Assembly (NCBI RefSeq): GCF_000143415.4
Contig: NW_003314270.1
Location: forward strand, 2,287,048-2,351,047
Length of the DNA: 64,000 nucleotides
DNA from: Selaginella moellendorffii
Taxonomy: Eukaryota; Plantae; Lycopodiophyta
Direction: 5' to 3'
The notes below the pieces were generated by a model, which was not told the origin of the DNA, ran no database searches, and saw only the letters and a list, made by a program, of their open reading frames with translations. Every line of letters starts with the position of its first letter. The stretch's first letter is position 1. Below, piece by piece: positions 11,070-24,277 of this stretch. A program made the translations under genes and the position numbers.

Positions 11070-12388
11070 TATGCCTATCATAATTCTCCTGTTTTATGCA
11101 GGTATATGGGATATCATCGTGTGATCAAGAAGCTATATAAGCTTTTTTATTGGCTGGAGATGCAATGTGATGTTATCTAGTATATGCGTAGTTGCATTTG
11201 GTGCCAAGCTCGAAATACTCCCCCTCGTGCTATAGAAAGATGGTTGGAGTCAATTACAATTTCCCATCCATTTGAGTTGGTGGTGTTTGATCTTATGGGA
11301 CTTTTTCCACAATTGACTATTGGCAATGAGTATATTATTATTGCTTTTGACTACTTGACTCGTTGGGTAAAAGTTAGTGCTCTTGTTAGCAGCTCTATAA
11401 CTACTATTAAATACTTCCTTCTTAATCGAGTGGTGGCTCTACATTCTTGTCTGGAGTAGATTTTTTTAGATAATAGTCCCATATTTATGGTTGAGGCATT
11501 TCATGTTTTGACATCTCAGCTAGGGATATGCCACGCTTTCACAAGTGTTTGTCATCCACAGTCTGACAGTTTAGTGGAATGACTCGTTCGGACATTCAAA
11601 TGGATGATCATAAAACATGTGACCTTTCAACATTTGAGTTGGGATAGTTATTTGTGCTCTCTTTGGTATGCATATGTTATAAGGGCGCAAAGTTCTATTA
11701 ATGCTTCACTATGTGAACTTTTATATGGTTATAATCTAATAATACCAATGGAGTTGAGTTTACCTTTGCAATTGCCACAAGTTGCCTATGCTAGATCATG
11801 GGATCATTATTTCATGAGCTTTCTTCCACCTGTCCTAACAGAGTTTGCCATGCGTACAAGTGGAACAACAACAGCATTACAATTCCTATCATTGTCCACA
11901 TGTGGAGTACAAAGTGGATGACTTGGTGTTAGTCACAGTATGTGGTTTATCTAAGGGGCTCTTTGCTCTATGGAAAAGACTATATTCGGTGTTGTAGCAA
12001 ATTGGATTGCAAGTTTATGAGATTTGGCATGAGGTCCAATATGCCGATCCTCCAGAAATTATGCATATATAACGGATGAAACATTTCATACAAAGGGATT
12101 AGGAACAACTGGTACCATTTACATATCCATCGATGCCTCCTTTTGATATTCCTCTAGATCCAAACCTATCTACAAGAGAATCCTGATAGTCTTTCATTAT
12201 TCTGAAAGGAGGGGATGATATAAGGTCTAAGTATATAGTTATAATGCTATATACTAATATTAACATAGTAGGATTTTGGTTGCCATTGCATTAGTTTCAA
12301 TTTAGACCACTCACTCCTATAGATAAGCTAGGGTTTTTAAGCTAATTAATATACATTTTTTTACCTTTTTATATTCCATGCACTCATA
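11070..12388 (+). mobile_element. Heavily decayed inverted family-1 gypsy copy (integrase, PPT, 3' LTR ~12219-12388)
   Basis: ORF remnants match the pol integrase (SCIWCQARNTPP, FDLMG). GGAGGGGATGA PPT followed by a degenerate LTR. Confidence 0.88.
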
Positions 12389-13159
12389 GTATAATTTTAA
12401 TTACAAATAAAAAACAATTATAAGGTACTAAATAAAAGTAATAATTGTTATTTTATGTATTTGATAAATAGATATTTTACTTATAGCTCAATTTTTAATA
12501 TTAATAAATATGAATTATAAATAGGTTTAAAATTAAAAATTATTAATTTTAAATATGATTTTTACTAGTAGGAGGATTTAAATAGAAAAATATAAATGAT
12601 TATGATTTAATTATAAATATAAATAACATAACAGTAGTAAATAAAAAAATATAGCTAAATTAAATTTTAGCATTTAAATTAAAGTAAATCAAGTTAAATC
12701 TAAATCAAGTTAATCAATTTATCTTGATATAGAGCAAGTGGAGGACTGGTTGTTTTTATCAAAATATTTTTTATAGTGATTTAATCATTAACAATATAGG
12801 TTTGAAATAAGAAAGGGCTAGAGCTAGAGCAATCTTGTACAAATGAGAATTAAAAAAAATGCTATTTCAAAATAATTAGCAGACCAAACACCTAGCAACT
12901 GTTTTCATGTATCATGCTTAAAAGGTTTTAATTACATTTCTAAATTGTAAATTTACTATTGGCAATTCAAAATAGTGAAACCAGCCAATCCTTTTCCCGA
13001 AGTTACTAATCCATTCTCTCCACCAAACAAACAATGAGAGCTCATCTGGGCCGGATGCATTTGCAACTTGCAAAATAATTTTTTTAATTTTAAACCTATT
13101 TATAATTCATATTTAAATTATTTATTAATATTAATAAATTGAGCTATAAGTAAAAATTC

Positions 13160-13232
13160 CGCCGGCCGTGGGGCTCGAACCCACGACCACAAGGTTAAGA
13201 GCCTTGCGCTCTACCAACTGAGCTAGGCCGGC
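13160..13232 (-). tRNA. tRNA-Lys(CTT)
   Basis: GCCGGCCTAGCTCAGTTGGTAGAGCGCAAGGCT-CTT-AACCTTGTGGTCGTGGGTTCGAGCCCCACGGCCGGCG forms a canonical cloverleaf. Confidence 0.97.
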
Positions 13233-13283
13233 TCTTGACATTCGAAGGAAGAGAGTGTCATCTGAGGCTTTATTATAAAGATC

Positions 13284-13318
13284 CGCCTGAAATCGGGATC
13301 GAACCCGCAACCACAGGG
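13284..13318 (-). pseudogene. Degenerate 3' half of a tRNA-Lys-like gene
   Basis: 35-nt ungapped similarity to the 3' half of the adjacent tRNA; B-box retained. Confidence 0.55.
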
Positions 13319-13510
13319 AAAAACAAAAATTTTCGTGGTCCATCAGGTGGCCAGCAACTTTGCCAGACCTGCGCGTCTTCTTTACGCCAGCGTCGTATTA
13401 CATTTCGCGTCATTGTTTTCCCCTGGATCAAAAAATGTGGATCATACATAATATACATACCATGTGCCTAGCCTAGGTAGCACAATTAACAGCATCCACA
13501 TGTGTCTTCT

Positions 13511-14032
13511 TCACCATTGCTTGGGAAATTTGTACCGCTTCGCTCCATCAGAATCACGATGAGCTTCTTCCGGATCGAAGTAGCCACCGCCGCCATAGCC
13601 ACACAGCCCGAATTCGCAAGCCACATTGCGGTGGCACGAAGTGTTGCACCTCCCGCAGTGTCGGGAACTGGTCATGAGATCGACGCATTCTCCTCCGCAG
13701 CAGCTGAGGCCGTAGGAGCAGGCCCTGCTGCAAGCCCCGCAGTTGTTGCCGTCGCTCTGTGTCTGCTTGCACACCCAGTTGAAACAGCACACGCCTGGCC
13801 CCTCTGGATTCCTGCTTAAGTCGCTGCACACGCTCGCATTGTTGTGGCACCGCACCTCGTCCTCCTGGTGGTAATGGTGGTGGTAAAAGTTGGATCTCAA
13901 AAAGTTGGAGTGTGTCGCTGCCGGGAAGAACTTGCTGCGTTTGCTACGACTGCTGTAAGTGCCGCTGGAGCCTGCTACTACTACTACTAATGTTGCTAGA
14001 ATTACTAGACACCATGTAGCTCGTTGGGGCAT
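13511..14032 (-). CDS. STIG1-family secreted cysteine-rich protein
   Basis: Signal peptide; CC...C...D.NNCGAC...C..G.SCCGGECVDL.....HCGRC pattern. Confidence 0.88.
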   Translation of the reverse strand: MPQRATWCLVILATLVVVVAGSSGTYSSRSKRSKFFPAATHSNFLRSNFYHHHYHQEDEVRCHNNASVCSDLSRNPEGPGVCCFNWVCKQTQSDGNNCGACSRACSYGLSCCGGECVDLMTSSRHCGRCNTSCHRNVACEFGLCGYGGGGYFDPEEAHRDSDGAKRYKFPKQW

Positions 14033-15394
14033 CCTCTGCTGCTTTCCTTTCTAGAACCGTCACACTGCCCCGTAGATCAGACTCCCCCTGTATAACTCGT
14101 GATGCACCGGAAATGCGATATGATTTTGCAATCCCCGAGATGTTTCAGATTTGGTGTAGAGTCCTGTAAACTGGACAAGCAAAAACATGAGAATGTCCAT
14201 TGCAATGCTCGACTTACTCAAGGATTTGGAGCCAACGAGAAGCAGACGAAGTCATTTCCAATTGCTCTATCTCCAACTATGTGCCGCGAAATCGCCAGCT
14301 AGCTGCCCTGAACCTGGAATCAATTGAGCAAACGCGCAGCAAACAGAAAAGACGAAGGGAAGAAAGCACTGGATACAGAGGCGGACAGCAGACCAGCACT
14401 CGTAAACAAGCATGGTTCCTTTTTCTTGTTTTCTCTAAGTAAAGATTCACGAGATGAAAAGTACCACTCTCCTACCTCTGACCACTGCCGGATCGGATTA
14501 CTCAGGAAATTTATTTTCAAATCATCTCTAAAAACCAACGGAAAGCAATTATAAGATCTGCTATAAGATCACACACCAGATCCTGACATTCCCAGCAAGA
14601 TGACTTGGTAAAGTAAGAACAAATGAGGCACATCAGCATCAGGAAAGCCCAAACTTAACAACTAAACCAGAGTGTAAGAAGAATGCATTATATAATACTC
14701 GGGGTAGTAGTAGACGGTGAGTGGTAGAATGAATGCCACTGCTGGCTGGCAATGAGCACGAGCATCAAGGTGACGCAGAAAGACTTTACAGGCAGGGCAG
14801 CTCGCTGCAGGAGGAGGACCAAATGCATGAAGCAAGTAAATGGAATCACTACGTGTTCTTACCTGACTGATATCAAAAGACAAAGTGGCTGATTCACTCG
14901 GCTCTCCTGCTTAAACAGGAACATCTACAGAACGCAAGTCAATACAAAAACATAAAAAGAAAGACCGACGTACCTTTGCAGCCTTTTCTTTCTGTCAGAT
15001 CAGATGGTCTTTGATACAAAAGCCCACAAAGTCGTAGAGACCCAGGAAAGCAAAGCATTACCAAACCGCCTTCGCTTTGGAAGTAGCGCACTAGAGTGAA
15101 AAAGCAGACTAGCAAATTTTCCATTTGCTTATAGTAAAGGAAGAAAAACAGCCAGAGCCCAGCAAGGTGCAGTAATTTACAGTTATCCCCACCCCGCTGC
15201 TCTCACTCTTCTCTCTTCCTTCTCGTTTTGTTCTTCTGCTCTGACTCAAAAATTCAGGCTGCTGCTGCGATGCCACACCCTGTCTTATTGGAATCCCTCA
15301 CCGAAACGTAGAAAAAAATTAAACAAAGAAAAGAGCTCTCCCACTAAGTTACTTTCTCCGAAGACCCAAGCAAGATTAAGACGAGAAAGCCATC

Positions 15395-15899
15395 CTAGCC
15401 CAGAGCAGGAATATCTCCATCCAAGACCTTGCTATCGCTGGTGGAATCAACGCACCTCAGCAAGCCGTAGAGCCTCAACCTTAGTTGATCGCTGTGCTTG
15501 TCCCCAGGGCTGGCACACTTGAAGGCCGCATTGTACTGCGTGAAAAGCCGGCTCACTTCTTCGCACAGCAGCGTGATGGAATCTGCCGCTGCCGCTCGGT
15601 TGGCCTCCACCGCTGCGGCTTCCAGCGCTGTGGCCGGCTTCCTCTTGCAATCCTGGAAATATTTCGCAAAGATAGACACCAGAAAAAATATTTCGATCGA
15701 TCGATCGCTGTCATCGGAATAGCAGACTTACCGCGCTGGAGTCATCGTAGAGGAGATTGTCGTGAACCACGACTCCAGCCGAGACAGGACGATCGAATTC
15801 CGCGCAAGAAGCGCGCCGCTTGCGGATCTCCTCCTCCTCGACCAAGCCGCTCAGTGCGCCCAAGGCAATGCCGCTGCTCTCGCCGGCTCGGCAACACAT
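15395..15899 (-). CDS. Hypothetical protein (at least 2 exons)
   Basis: ATG at 15899; phase-0 GT-AG intron ~15653-15731 joins two GC-rich open frames. No recognisable domain; 3' structure uncertain. Confidence 0.4.
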
Positions 15900-16222
15900 C
15901 CTCCCGGGCGCCGCTAGAGCCCTAATTCCCAGAGCACTGAATCTGACGGTCAGGCCCTCTCCACGTGGAGGCATTTAAAATTCCATGATATTTTGACCGT
16001 TGGAATGTTTTACCTCTAGCAGCCATAGTTAATTTTTGCAAGCACGAAACTTCACTCCAAACCAAGGAAATAATATATTCGTTGCCAGCACAAAGTCCTT
16101 TTAAGTGCTCCCATGGCAGAAAAGGAAAGAATCTTATTCACAAGAACAAGCAGAGGTGGAAGAACGAACTTTTTTCTTTCTTCCTTTTCAACTTTTTTCT
16201 CTCTTCCTTCAAACTTTACTCT

Positions 16223-17517
16223 CTAAAGCGAGGTCTCGTCCTTGAAAATCCAACTGAACTCCCGGTTCTTGTGAAGAGCATGCGTTCCCAGTTTCCCAAA
16301 TCTCTCCTCCGATCTCTCCGCTAGCCTCTGGAAGCGCGCGGGAAGATTGCATACGTAGTCCTGTGCTCGCTGTGCCTCGCCTCTCAATCCACCCAAGCTT
16401 CCCACCTTCCAGGCCTCGATGAGATGCTCCATGATGTTGGAGTAGTCGTGCGCCGTGTAGACTTTGCACTTCTGCGCCACGAACTTGTAGTCCTCGAACA
16501 AGTTCTCGTTCTCGCCGTCATGCATCAGGTGAGCCGGCATGGTGATCTTCTTCTGCATCATGTTTGCCAACGCCAGCATGGTGCCGTTTGGATCCAACTC
16601 GAACAGCTTCTCCACCACTCTGGTGTATGCGATCTCGTGTCGCTTCTCGTCCGAGGCGATGATCCCGCAGATGGTAGCCAGCTGCGAGTCGCCATACTCC
16701 TTCGCAAATCTGGCAGTGTTGCCGTGTGATACGAAAGTCGCGCGCTCTTGGAACGACGTGTAGATGAAACCGTTGTATGGATCATTGTCTATATGTGTCG
16801 CCTGGAAGAGGAAGATGAAGAACACAACCGGATGAGAAAAAAACAGCTCCAAAACTTGAGATTTGATCTTACCATGCCGGCACCGATGAGATTTTGGATC
16901 GTCTTCTCGATGGCTCTCATGTTGACTCTGCCTGTTAGATACAAGTACTTGTTAAGAAGATCACCATGCCTGTTCTCCTCTGCCGTCCAAGCTCGTATCC
17001 ATGTCGCCCAAGGAGACGCACTCCCCCCTGTTTCATCTCTCACGCCTTCAAAGGTGTTGAGAACCGTCTGGTACGTCGGGAGAGCTTCTTCCGTGATCAT
17101 GTCCCCGACCAGACAAACCAGGTAGTCACGCGGAAGCTCTTTCGTCCGCTGCCTGAGATCAACCACTTCGTCCATGAAGCCGTCTGAGGATGAATCCGGC
17201 AAGAAGTCCTGAGGCTGCCAGCATTTGTTGACAGGCTTGAGCAGCGGCAACATCTTCTCCTCGGCCCATCCCTCTAAACTCTTGAACACTTGTACTTTTT
17301 CGGGAGCGACGTAGCACTTCCTGCTAGCAGACTCTATCGTTCTCGGCAACCCGGACACGTCCACTTCCCTGCACCAGCCACCAAGAGTTTCACGAATCGA
17401 TTCATGAGAAGTCTGCACAACAAACCTGGCCGCAACGAAGGCCACACTGCCGGAACATCTCACGCTTGCTCTAGGAGCCAGCAGCGACGTTCCTGGTAGC
17501 GAAACTCCAGTCTCCAT
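16223..17517 (-). CDS. SAD: Stearoyl-[ACP] 9-desaturase, plastidial
   Basis: [29 protein letters not shown] and DEKRHE di-iron motifs; intron 16802-16872. Confidence 0.95.
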
Positions 17518-17724
17518 ATTCGGCTCCTGCCAACACAAGGGGTTAGAAGAGCACACGGAAATAAAACATGAAGCAAACCTGTGCATGCATGCACCTTTGT
17601 CCACGTGGCCACTCCCGAAAAACTTAAAAGCAAGAGAACGAAAAAAAAAGCGAAAAGGCAAAAAACAAAACAGCACAAAAAAAAAAAGCAATATGCATTT
17701 CACAGTTGCTAATGCCGACTTACA

Positions 17725-20576
17725 TCACCTGGGGAAAACTTTCTCGATGAAATCCTGAAACCTCTTTGCGTACATACTTGGATCGACTGCGGAGATGGAG
17801 ACTGCGTCGAACTGCAACGATTTGTACGTGTGCTCCACCCACTTGGTGATGTCGTAGCGCTGCAAGATGTCAATAACTCCAAAGTACAGCACCACGTCAT
17901 AGACTTCTCCAAAAGACTCCTCTTGACCACCGTCGTGTGGTGCCTCTCGGTCAGCTCTAGCGGGCATGTTCACGCCAAGCTGGATTCGTAGCCTTGCAGT
18001 GCCGGGAAGAAGTAAATCAACCTCTTCGTTTCCAGCGGGTTTTAACGGACTGCCCCGGACGTGAGATCCCGGGGTTGTTGCCCCTGATTCTCCCGTTGGA
18101 CTAGCTCCGTGAGCTACTAGAACAAGGCTCTTGGATGGCCAATCCTCCTCTACAGAAACGGAAAGAAAAGTAAGAACAAACTTGATATGAGGCGAGCAAA
18201 CTTGATATGAAGTACCAATGTCGGACTTGTTGATTTTCTTGGGGAAGGTCACCGGTGAGAAAACAGCTGGATACTGGGGTGCTCGGAAGTGAACGCCCAG
18301 AAGAAGACTATAATCCATAATCCTCTGGGATTCCAGAAACTTTGCATCCAGCTCGATTTGCCTGGTTATAAGATGATTAGAAGCCAGACATCAATGGTAA
18401 ATCATGTACCTCATGAATGTATCGCGCCAAGTAGGCTCTAGATGAAACACGAAGTCCAAGTCCAAGTCTTTCAACGTCGTGTTTTCATCAATGTCGACAT
18501 TTTCCGTCGACCGCCCCAGCGACGACCCCTTCAAATCGAACCTCCGGTGTATACGAAGGTCTGTGCAGAACATGTTTCCCATTACTACAAAACGAACCTG
18601 TAAAAGCACATGTTAGACTGTAATTGCATTTAAGGACCAAACCTTTCGCCCCCCCTGAGGCTTGATACGATGAAGGCCAAAAAACTTTGTAATCAAGGTG
18701 TTCTCGTGTACAAGTACATGATCATAATAAGAAGCAAGCATATCAAGTAGGACCTGAACAGAAGAGCTGAGCATCCACGAAACAGAAAGTCCAATATTTC
18801 GTACCTCGACTTCCGACTTGCGCATGGTCTTGATTATGAATCGATCGTCGTGCGATAGATAGAAGACGCTGCCACTCTTGCCCGGAGAAGAAAGTTCTCG
18901 AAGAGCATCGTTTCCACAAAGAGAGAGCATATAATCAGCAGCATCGATTTTGAAAAGCTCTCTAAGGTGCCTGACATGCAACAAAAAAAACTGTACAGAG
19001 CGTCAAAAGATGAAATGCCAAATGGGAAATCGAAAGAGCTAAGGAAAAGTAGGACCTGAAGACCATTGGGCAATAATCTTTCCATTTGAAGTCCACTGAC
19101 TGGTGCGAAGGCGTAAGTTGAGACCCTGCACGAGGAAAGTTCATCCTGAATCTGGCTTTCCTCCCAAAGTTTGAAGGTTCAATATCATGCTTTGGCTCAG
19201 GTGTTATCTTTCCCACAGTATACCTGAACACGACGTACAAACACGATTAAAACTCTGAAACTTCAGGATAGATGGTACCTTATTCCCAGCTGCAAATTCA
19301 GCATAAGATCATAGCTCCTGTGTCCTTTGATAATTGTTTCTCCTGGCCTTTTAATCTCTTTCACATGCTTCTTATAACGCCGTTTCGTACTTTTCGGTGT
19401 GCTCGCAACATTAGCCGGTACCTTCTTGACGATTTCATTGATCAGTACACCCTGAACGTACTCTCTTTCCACCACTGGATCTGCACCGTGGTACTCTTCA
19501 CTATCAAAAATTCTCTCCGCAGAATCTGCCTGTAATGCCTTCTCTAGTGTAGTCTGCTCAGCCGAATAAGACTTCATCGGACCAAAATCATGCTGTTGCC
19601 GGATTGCTTGATCGAAATCAAGAGAAGGAGCTCGGTTCCTACGTGTTGCCGCTACCTGTTTTCCTACCGTCGCATTCCTATCAAAACCTGCAGTATCTAC
19701 ACTAAAGCTGCCGGGCGGATAGTAGACTCCTTTGCCATCCTTCAGCCCTTTACTCCAGTTACCATTGTAGACTGTTCCGTCCGACCAAGTATACACACCG
19801 TGCCCGTTTTCCAGCCCATCCAGCCACTGCCCGTCGTAACAATCACCAGAAGCCCAAGTAAGAACTCCCCTGCCGCACATCAAACCTCCTTTCCAGTCTC
19901 CCATATACTCGTTTCCATTCGCCCAAACATACCGACCGGGACCTTCTTGAGCTCCATCCTTCCAAGACCCCTCGTAGACATCACCGTTTGCATAACGCTT
20001 CCGTCCCAGTCCATTCTTCAAGTTCATCTTCCAGCTGCCTTTGTACGTGGTGCCATCGGTCCCAGTAAAAGTTCCTGATCCATGCATGTAACCACACATG
20101 AAATCTCCCTCGTAAGTCGCCCCTGACGGCCAAGAGATCTTCCCTCTCCCTGTTTTCTTCCCCTTCCCCCACTGCCCCTCGTACATACACCCATCCGACC
20201 ACAAGTACTTGCCGTCACCCTCCGGAATCCCACCTTCGAAGGAGCCGGCGTAGAAATCCCCGTTCGACAAATTCTTTTCACCTCTTCCGGACGTGCTGCT
20301 CTCGCAAAAGTCGCTGCGGCTCCCTGAAACTTCTATGCTTTCCTGGTTATGGAGCCCCATCTGGCTCGGCTCCACCGTCACCGGCATGAGATCACCATCG
20401 TTTTCAAACTCGGGAACCACGGACGACTTTCGCTTGGGAGCCTGGAAGAACTCAAGCACTGGGTCCTTGGCGACGATGACATTCCCAGCGTGGACGTAAG
20501 TAGCTGCGGCCCCTGCGCGATCAGCAATGAATGACAGCGTCAGCACAAAAAACTGGAGAGCCCAGAAAACGTTCAT
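17725..20576 (-). CDS. PIP5K: Phosphatidylinositol-4-phosphate 5-kinase with MORN repeats (multi-exon, start uncertain)
   Basis: MORN repeats; [34 protein letters not shown] and GVIDILQ motifs. Confidence 0.95.
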
Positions 20577-21023
20577 CGGTTACATTCTTTTACCTTTCAT
20601 CTTATTCTGCTTCCCGAAAACCATTTAGGCTAGGAGAAAACCGAGATTACCAAATTCCCTGGAACCGAAGCACTGAAATCTAAGACCTAGAGGAAAAGGA
20701 GCAAAAGCAAAGAAATTCCACTCACCGCAGAGCCGGCGACTCGGCGCCTCGCGCACTGCCGCTCCACGATGTGTCCATCGCCTAGAGCGCGCTAGGCGAA
20801 CCCCTCTTCACGCGCAAGAGAATGGGAAGCGCGGACGGCGGAGATCGTGTCACATTCTAGACATCCGACGGGCTGGACAAGGAGCCGTACGCATTGTGGA
20901 ACCTTGACCTAGGGCTCCGATCAAATTAATCGTTACAATCGGACATTCTTTACCCTTCCACATGGCACTATTGGATTGCGTGGAGTATATTCGGGATTAT
21001 TGGATTGGATTTGGAGCTAGGGC

Positions 21024-22533
21024 ATGGCGACGACGTCTGGATGCTTGGTCGGGCAATGCAGGCCCGGCGCGGCCGCTGTTCAATGGAATTCCTCGCGCCC
21101 GTCGAGGATCCAGTGCTCCGTCTTGGCGGATGCGGCTACAGCGACGGGTAAGCGAGCTCCCATGCGGCGGATGCGACCTCTTGCTGAAATTTGAGCTGGA
21201 TTTCGAGCTTAGATTCACAGCAGGAGCTCCGGGCAGGCGCAGATCCTTTGTTGCTACGAGCAGTGCGCGGCGACAGCGTCGAGAGGCCTCCCGTGTGGAT
21301 GATGCGGCAAGCCGGGAGGTATATGAAGGTATGTGCTTGGAGAGAAGCTTTATGATATGTGGATGAATTTCTTTCTTGTGTATGCAGTCTTATCAAGACC
21401 TCTGTGCCAAATATCCTTCTTTTAGAGAGCGATCAGAGAATGCGGAGCTTGCCATTGAGATCTCGCTCCAGCCATGGAAGGCTTTTAGGCCAGATGGTGT
21501 AAGGTTTTCAATTTGGTATTTCTTTTCTTCTCAGCTGCTTTGAGATTACAAGCTCATGCAGACTGACGAGCTTACCTCTTTCTTTCTTTCTCACAGGTGA
21601 TTTTGTTCTCGGACATCTTGACACCCTTGACGGGAATGAACATTCCATTTGATATCCTAGCCGGGAAAGGACCCGTTATACACAAACCGATCACATCCAT
21701 GGCCGATGTAGACGAAGTTACGGAGCTCTGTCCCGAGGAGGCCGTCCCTTACGTTGGACAAGCTCTATCCTCTCTCAGAGCTGAAGTAAGGTTTCCTTCT
21801 TCGATCTTTTTGGTTTTTTGATCGATAACTCTTTAGGTGGGCAATGAGGCTGCTGTGCTGGGCTTTGTTGGCGCACCATTCACACTAGCCTCGTATATCA
21901 TAGAAGGAGGCTCATCCAAGCATTTCGCGAAGATAAAAAGACTAGCCTTTGGCAGCCCTGAGGTAGTGTACAGCTCCAAGATAAGTTTGCTTCTACCACT
22001 CACTCTCCATTTTGTAGATTTTACACGCTTTGCTCAAGAAACTTGCCGAGTCCATAATTATCTACGTGCGTTACCAGGCAGACAAGGGAGCTCAAACCGT
22101 CCAAATCTTCGACTCGTGGGCCACGCACCTAAGCCCGATCGATTTCGAGCAATTCAGCCTGCCATATCTCAAGCAGATAGTGTCCGAGGTGAAGAAAACT
22201 CACCCGTCACTACCATTGATCCTCTACGCCAGCGGCAGCGGCGGCCTCCTCGAGAGGCTGGGGTCGTCCGGAGTGGACATCGTGAGCGTGGACTGGACAG
22301 TGGACATGGCCGAGGCGAGGCAAAGATTAGGCAGGGACGTAGCGGTGCAAGGCAACATAGACCCCGGCGCCTTGTTTGGCTCCAAGGATTTTATCCGGCA
22401 AAGAGTTATCGACACCGTGGCCAAGGCTGGCCGAGGAAAGCACATTCTAAACCTTGGCCATGGAGTGTTGGTTGGGACGCCCGAGGAGAACGTAGCTCAC
22501 TTCTTCGAAGTTGGAAAAAGCATTCGATATTGA
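21024..22533 (+). CDS. HEME: Uroporphyrinogen decarboxylase, plastidial
   Basis: [34 protein letters not shown] and ILNLGHG motifs. Start codon inferred. Confidence 0.95.
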
Positions 22534-23079
22534 AAACATAAAACATACATTGGGATCTTAGTTTCGGAACACTTCAGGTTCTATCTTCTTCTTTTTGGAT
22601 CACTGAGTCTTGTGTTTTCGTCGAAAATGCCATTTAGAGGTGAAGCCAAAGCTTTCTACGTAGATGCTGAAGCAACTCTTGAGATTGTTGCAAATCGAAG
22701 AAAGGTGTGGATAGCGTTTCTGTGATTTGTTTGATGGTTTCTTGATAGATATGGGCATACTACACTGTCACGGCTGCCGTGAGAAGGCGGCGTCCATGAT
22801 GGCTGAATCGAGGTAAGAGACTTTTCATTTTTCAGACGATGATATCCAGCAACTTTCTGGCACAGGCAGTTATCAATTTCGCAAAAAACCAAACAAAGGT
22901 GAACCGGGCGATGGTGAGCTCGAGTTCTTCTCCCAGATGAAGGAGCACGTCAAGCAACCACGACAAGGCACGTCACTTCATCTAAGCTAAATGTTCACTT
23001 CTTCCTTCAAAATGGAGATGATTTGATATCAAAGATGTTACAAGTCAAAGGCGAAATCCTGTCTTTGCAATCACTCGTT

Positions 23080-24062
23080 TTATTGGAGCAGGCGAAATCC
23101 TGTCTTTGCGATCACTCGTTTTATTGGAGCAAAGACTCCAAGCTCTCTGGAACACTTCACCTTATCCACTATCCAAGGATACAGAAGTTGGCATTTTGAT
23201 GTTCTATCTTGTAGATTGTCTGGTACGTCCAGGAATTCGGGCTTCAATCTCTCTGCAATATTTCCATAAAAGTTATCTGTGTGGACACCTACCAGCCAGC
23301 AGTCCATCCCATCGCAAAAGAAAATCGGCGCTCCGGATGCATTAGCCTGGCAAAAATAATCTCCGAGGAAAGTAAATCCTGCACTTGGACTGGCGATAAC
23401 GAACGATGAAATAAACGGAGGAATTGTGATGAGCAGTGCATCTTCGCCATTCTGCTGGAACGACAGGTCAACAAGGTGGAGGAACGATGCGATGTGAACC
23501 TTGTAAGCTGGAGGTTAGTAAAGAGATCAATTCTACTAGATAGCTTTTTTCCTTACCTTCTTGCCAAGTAATTGGTCTTGCATAAGATTTGTGATTGGCT
23601 GCATGTAAACTGCGTTGTTGCAGCCTTCAAGGTATAAGATGGCCACATCTAAATCTGCATCTTCTTTAACAACGTGAAATCTAAAAGCTCTAGGAAGTGG
23701 TTTCCCAGCCGAATTGTAACAAGGGAAATAAGCTACCCAAACCTCTTCTTCATTGTTTGAAACTGCTTCCTCGACCCCGTTGTTTGAAACTTGTTGCCCC
23801 CCCTCAGTTTTGTGATCCTCATCGGTAACACAATGCCGGGCTGTAACAGCGTATCCCTTTGCGAATAATGCACAAGTCCCTTTAATCAACACAGGTAAGT
23901 ATCATAAGAGCCAAACCAAACCAAAACATACCACTAGAGTTGATCCAAGAGAGTCGGGAGTCATCGGATTGAAGGCTCTTATTAAAGTCCACCTCATTTC
24001 TCATAGTCAAGATTCTTCCGACGCAGCAGCGAGCATGCTGAGGAACTGCTTCTTCTGACCAT
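23080..24062 (-). CDS. Trypsin-like serine protease with full His-Asp-Ser triad (5' end uncertain)
   Basis: Spliced model: CVGRI...SG|TCALFAKGYAVTARHCV...DLDVAILYL...LLGKK|VHIASF...NASGAPIF...WLVGVHT. Confidence 0.75.
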
Positions 24063-24277
24063 CCTAGTTTTGAAAGAACGGCAACTTAAAACCCTAGCGC
24101 TTTTAACTTTGTTTTATTAAAGGATAGAGGATTAGACTTTTAAAGATCTCTGTCCGAGACCCCACTCAATCAACTGCTTTTATCTCCGCAAGGGCCCGAT
24201 CTCCAGGACGCACTCACCGTGCTTGATCTTGAGAAAACTACGGAGAAAAGAAAAAAGAGTATGCTAACTCGCTCGCA

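Noticed and set aside
23049-23131. 41-bp tandem duplication at the protease C-terminus as an inactivating lesion
   Set aside because: It changes only the last residues (GFRL* to GFRLLQ*).
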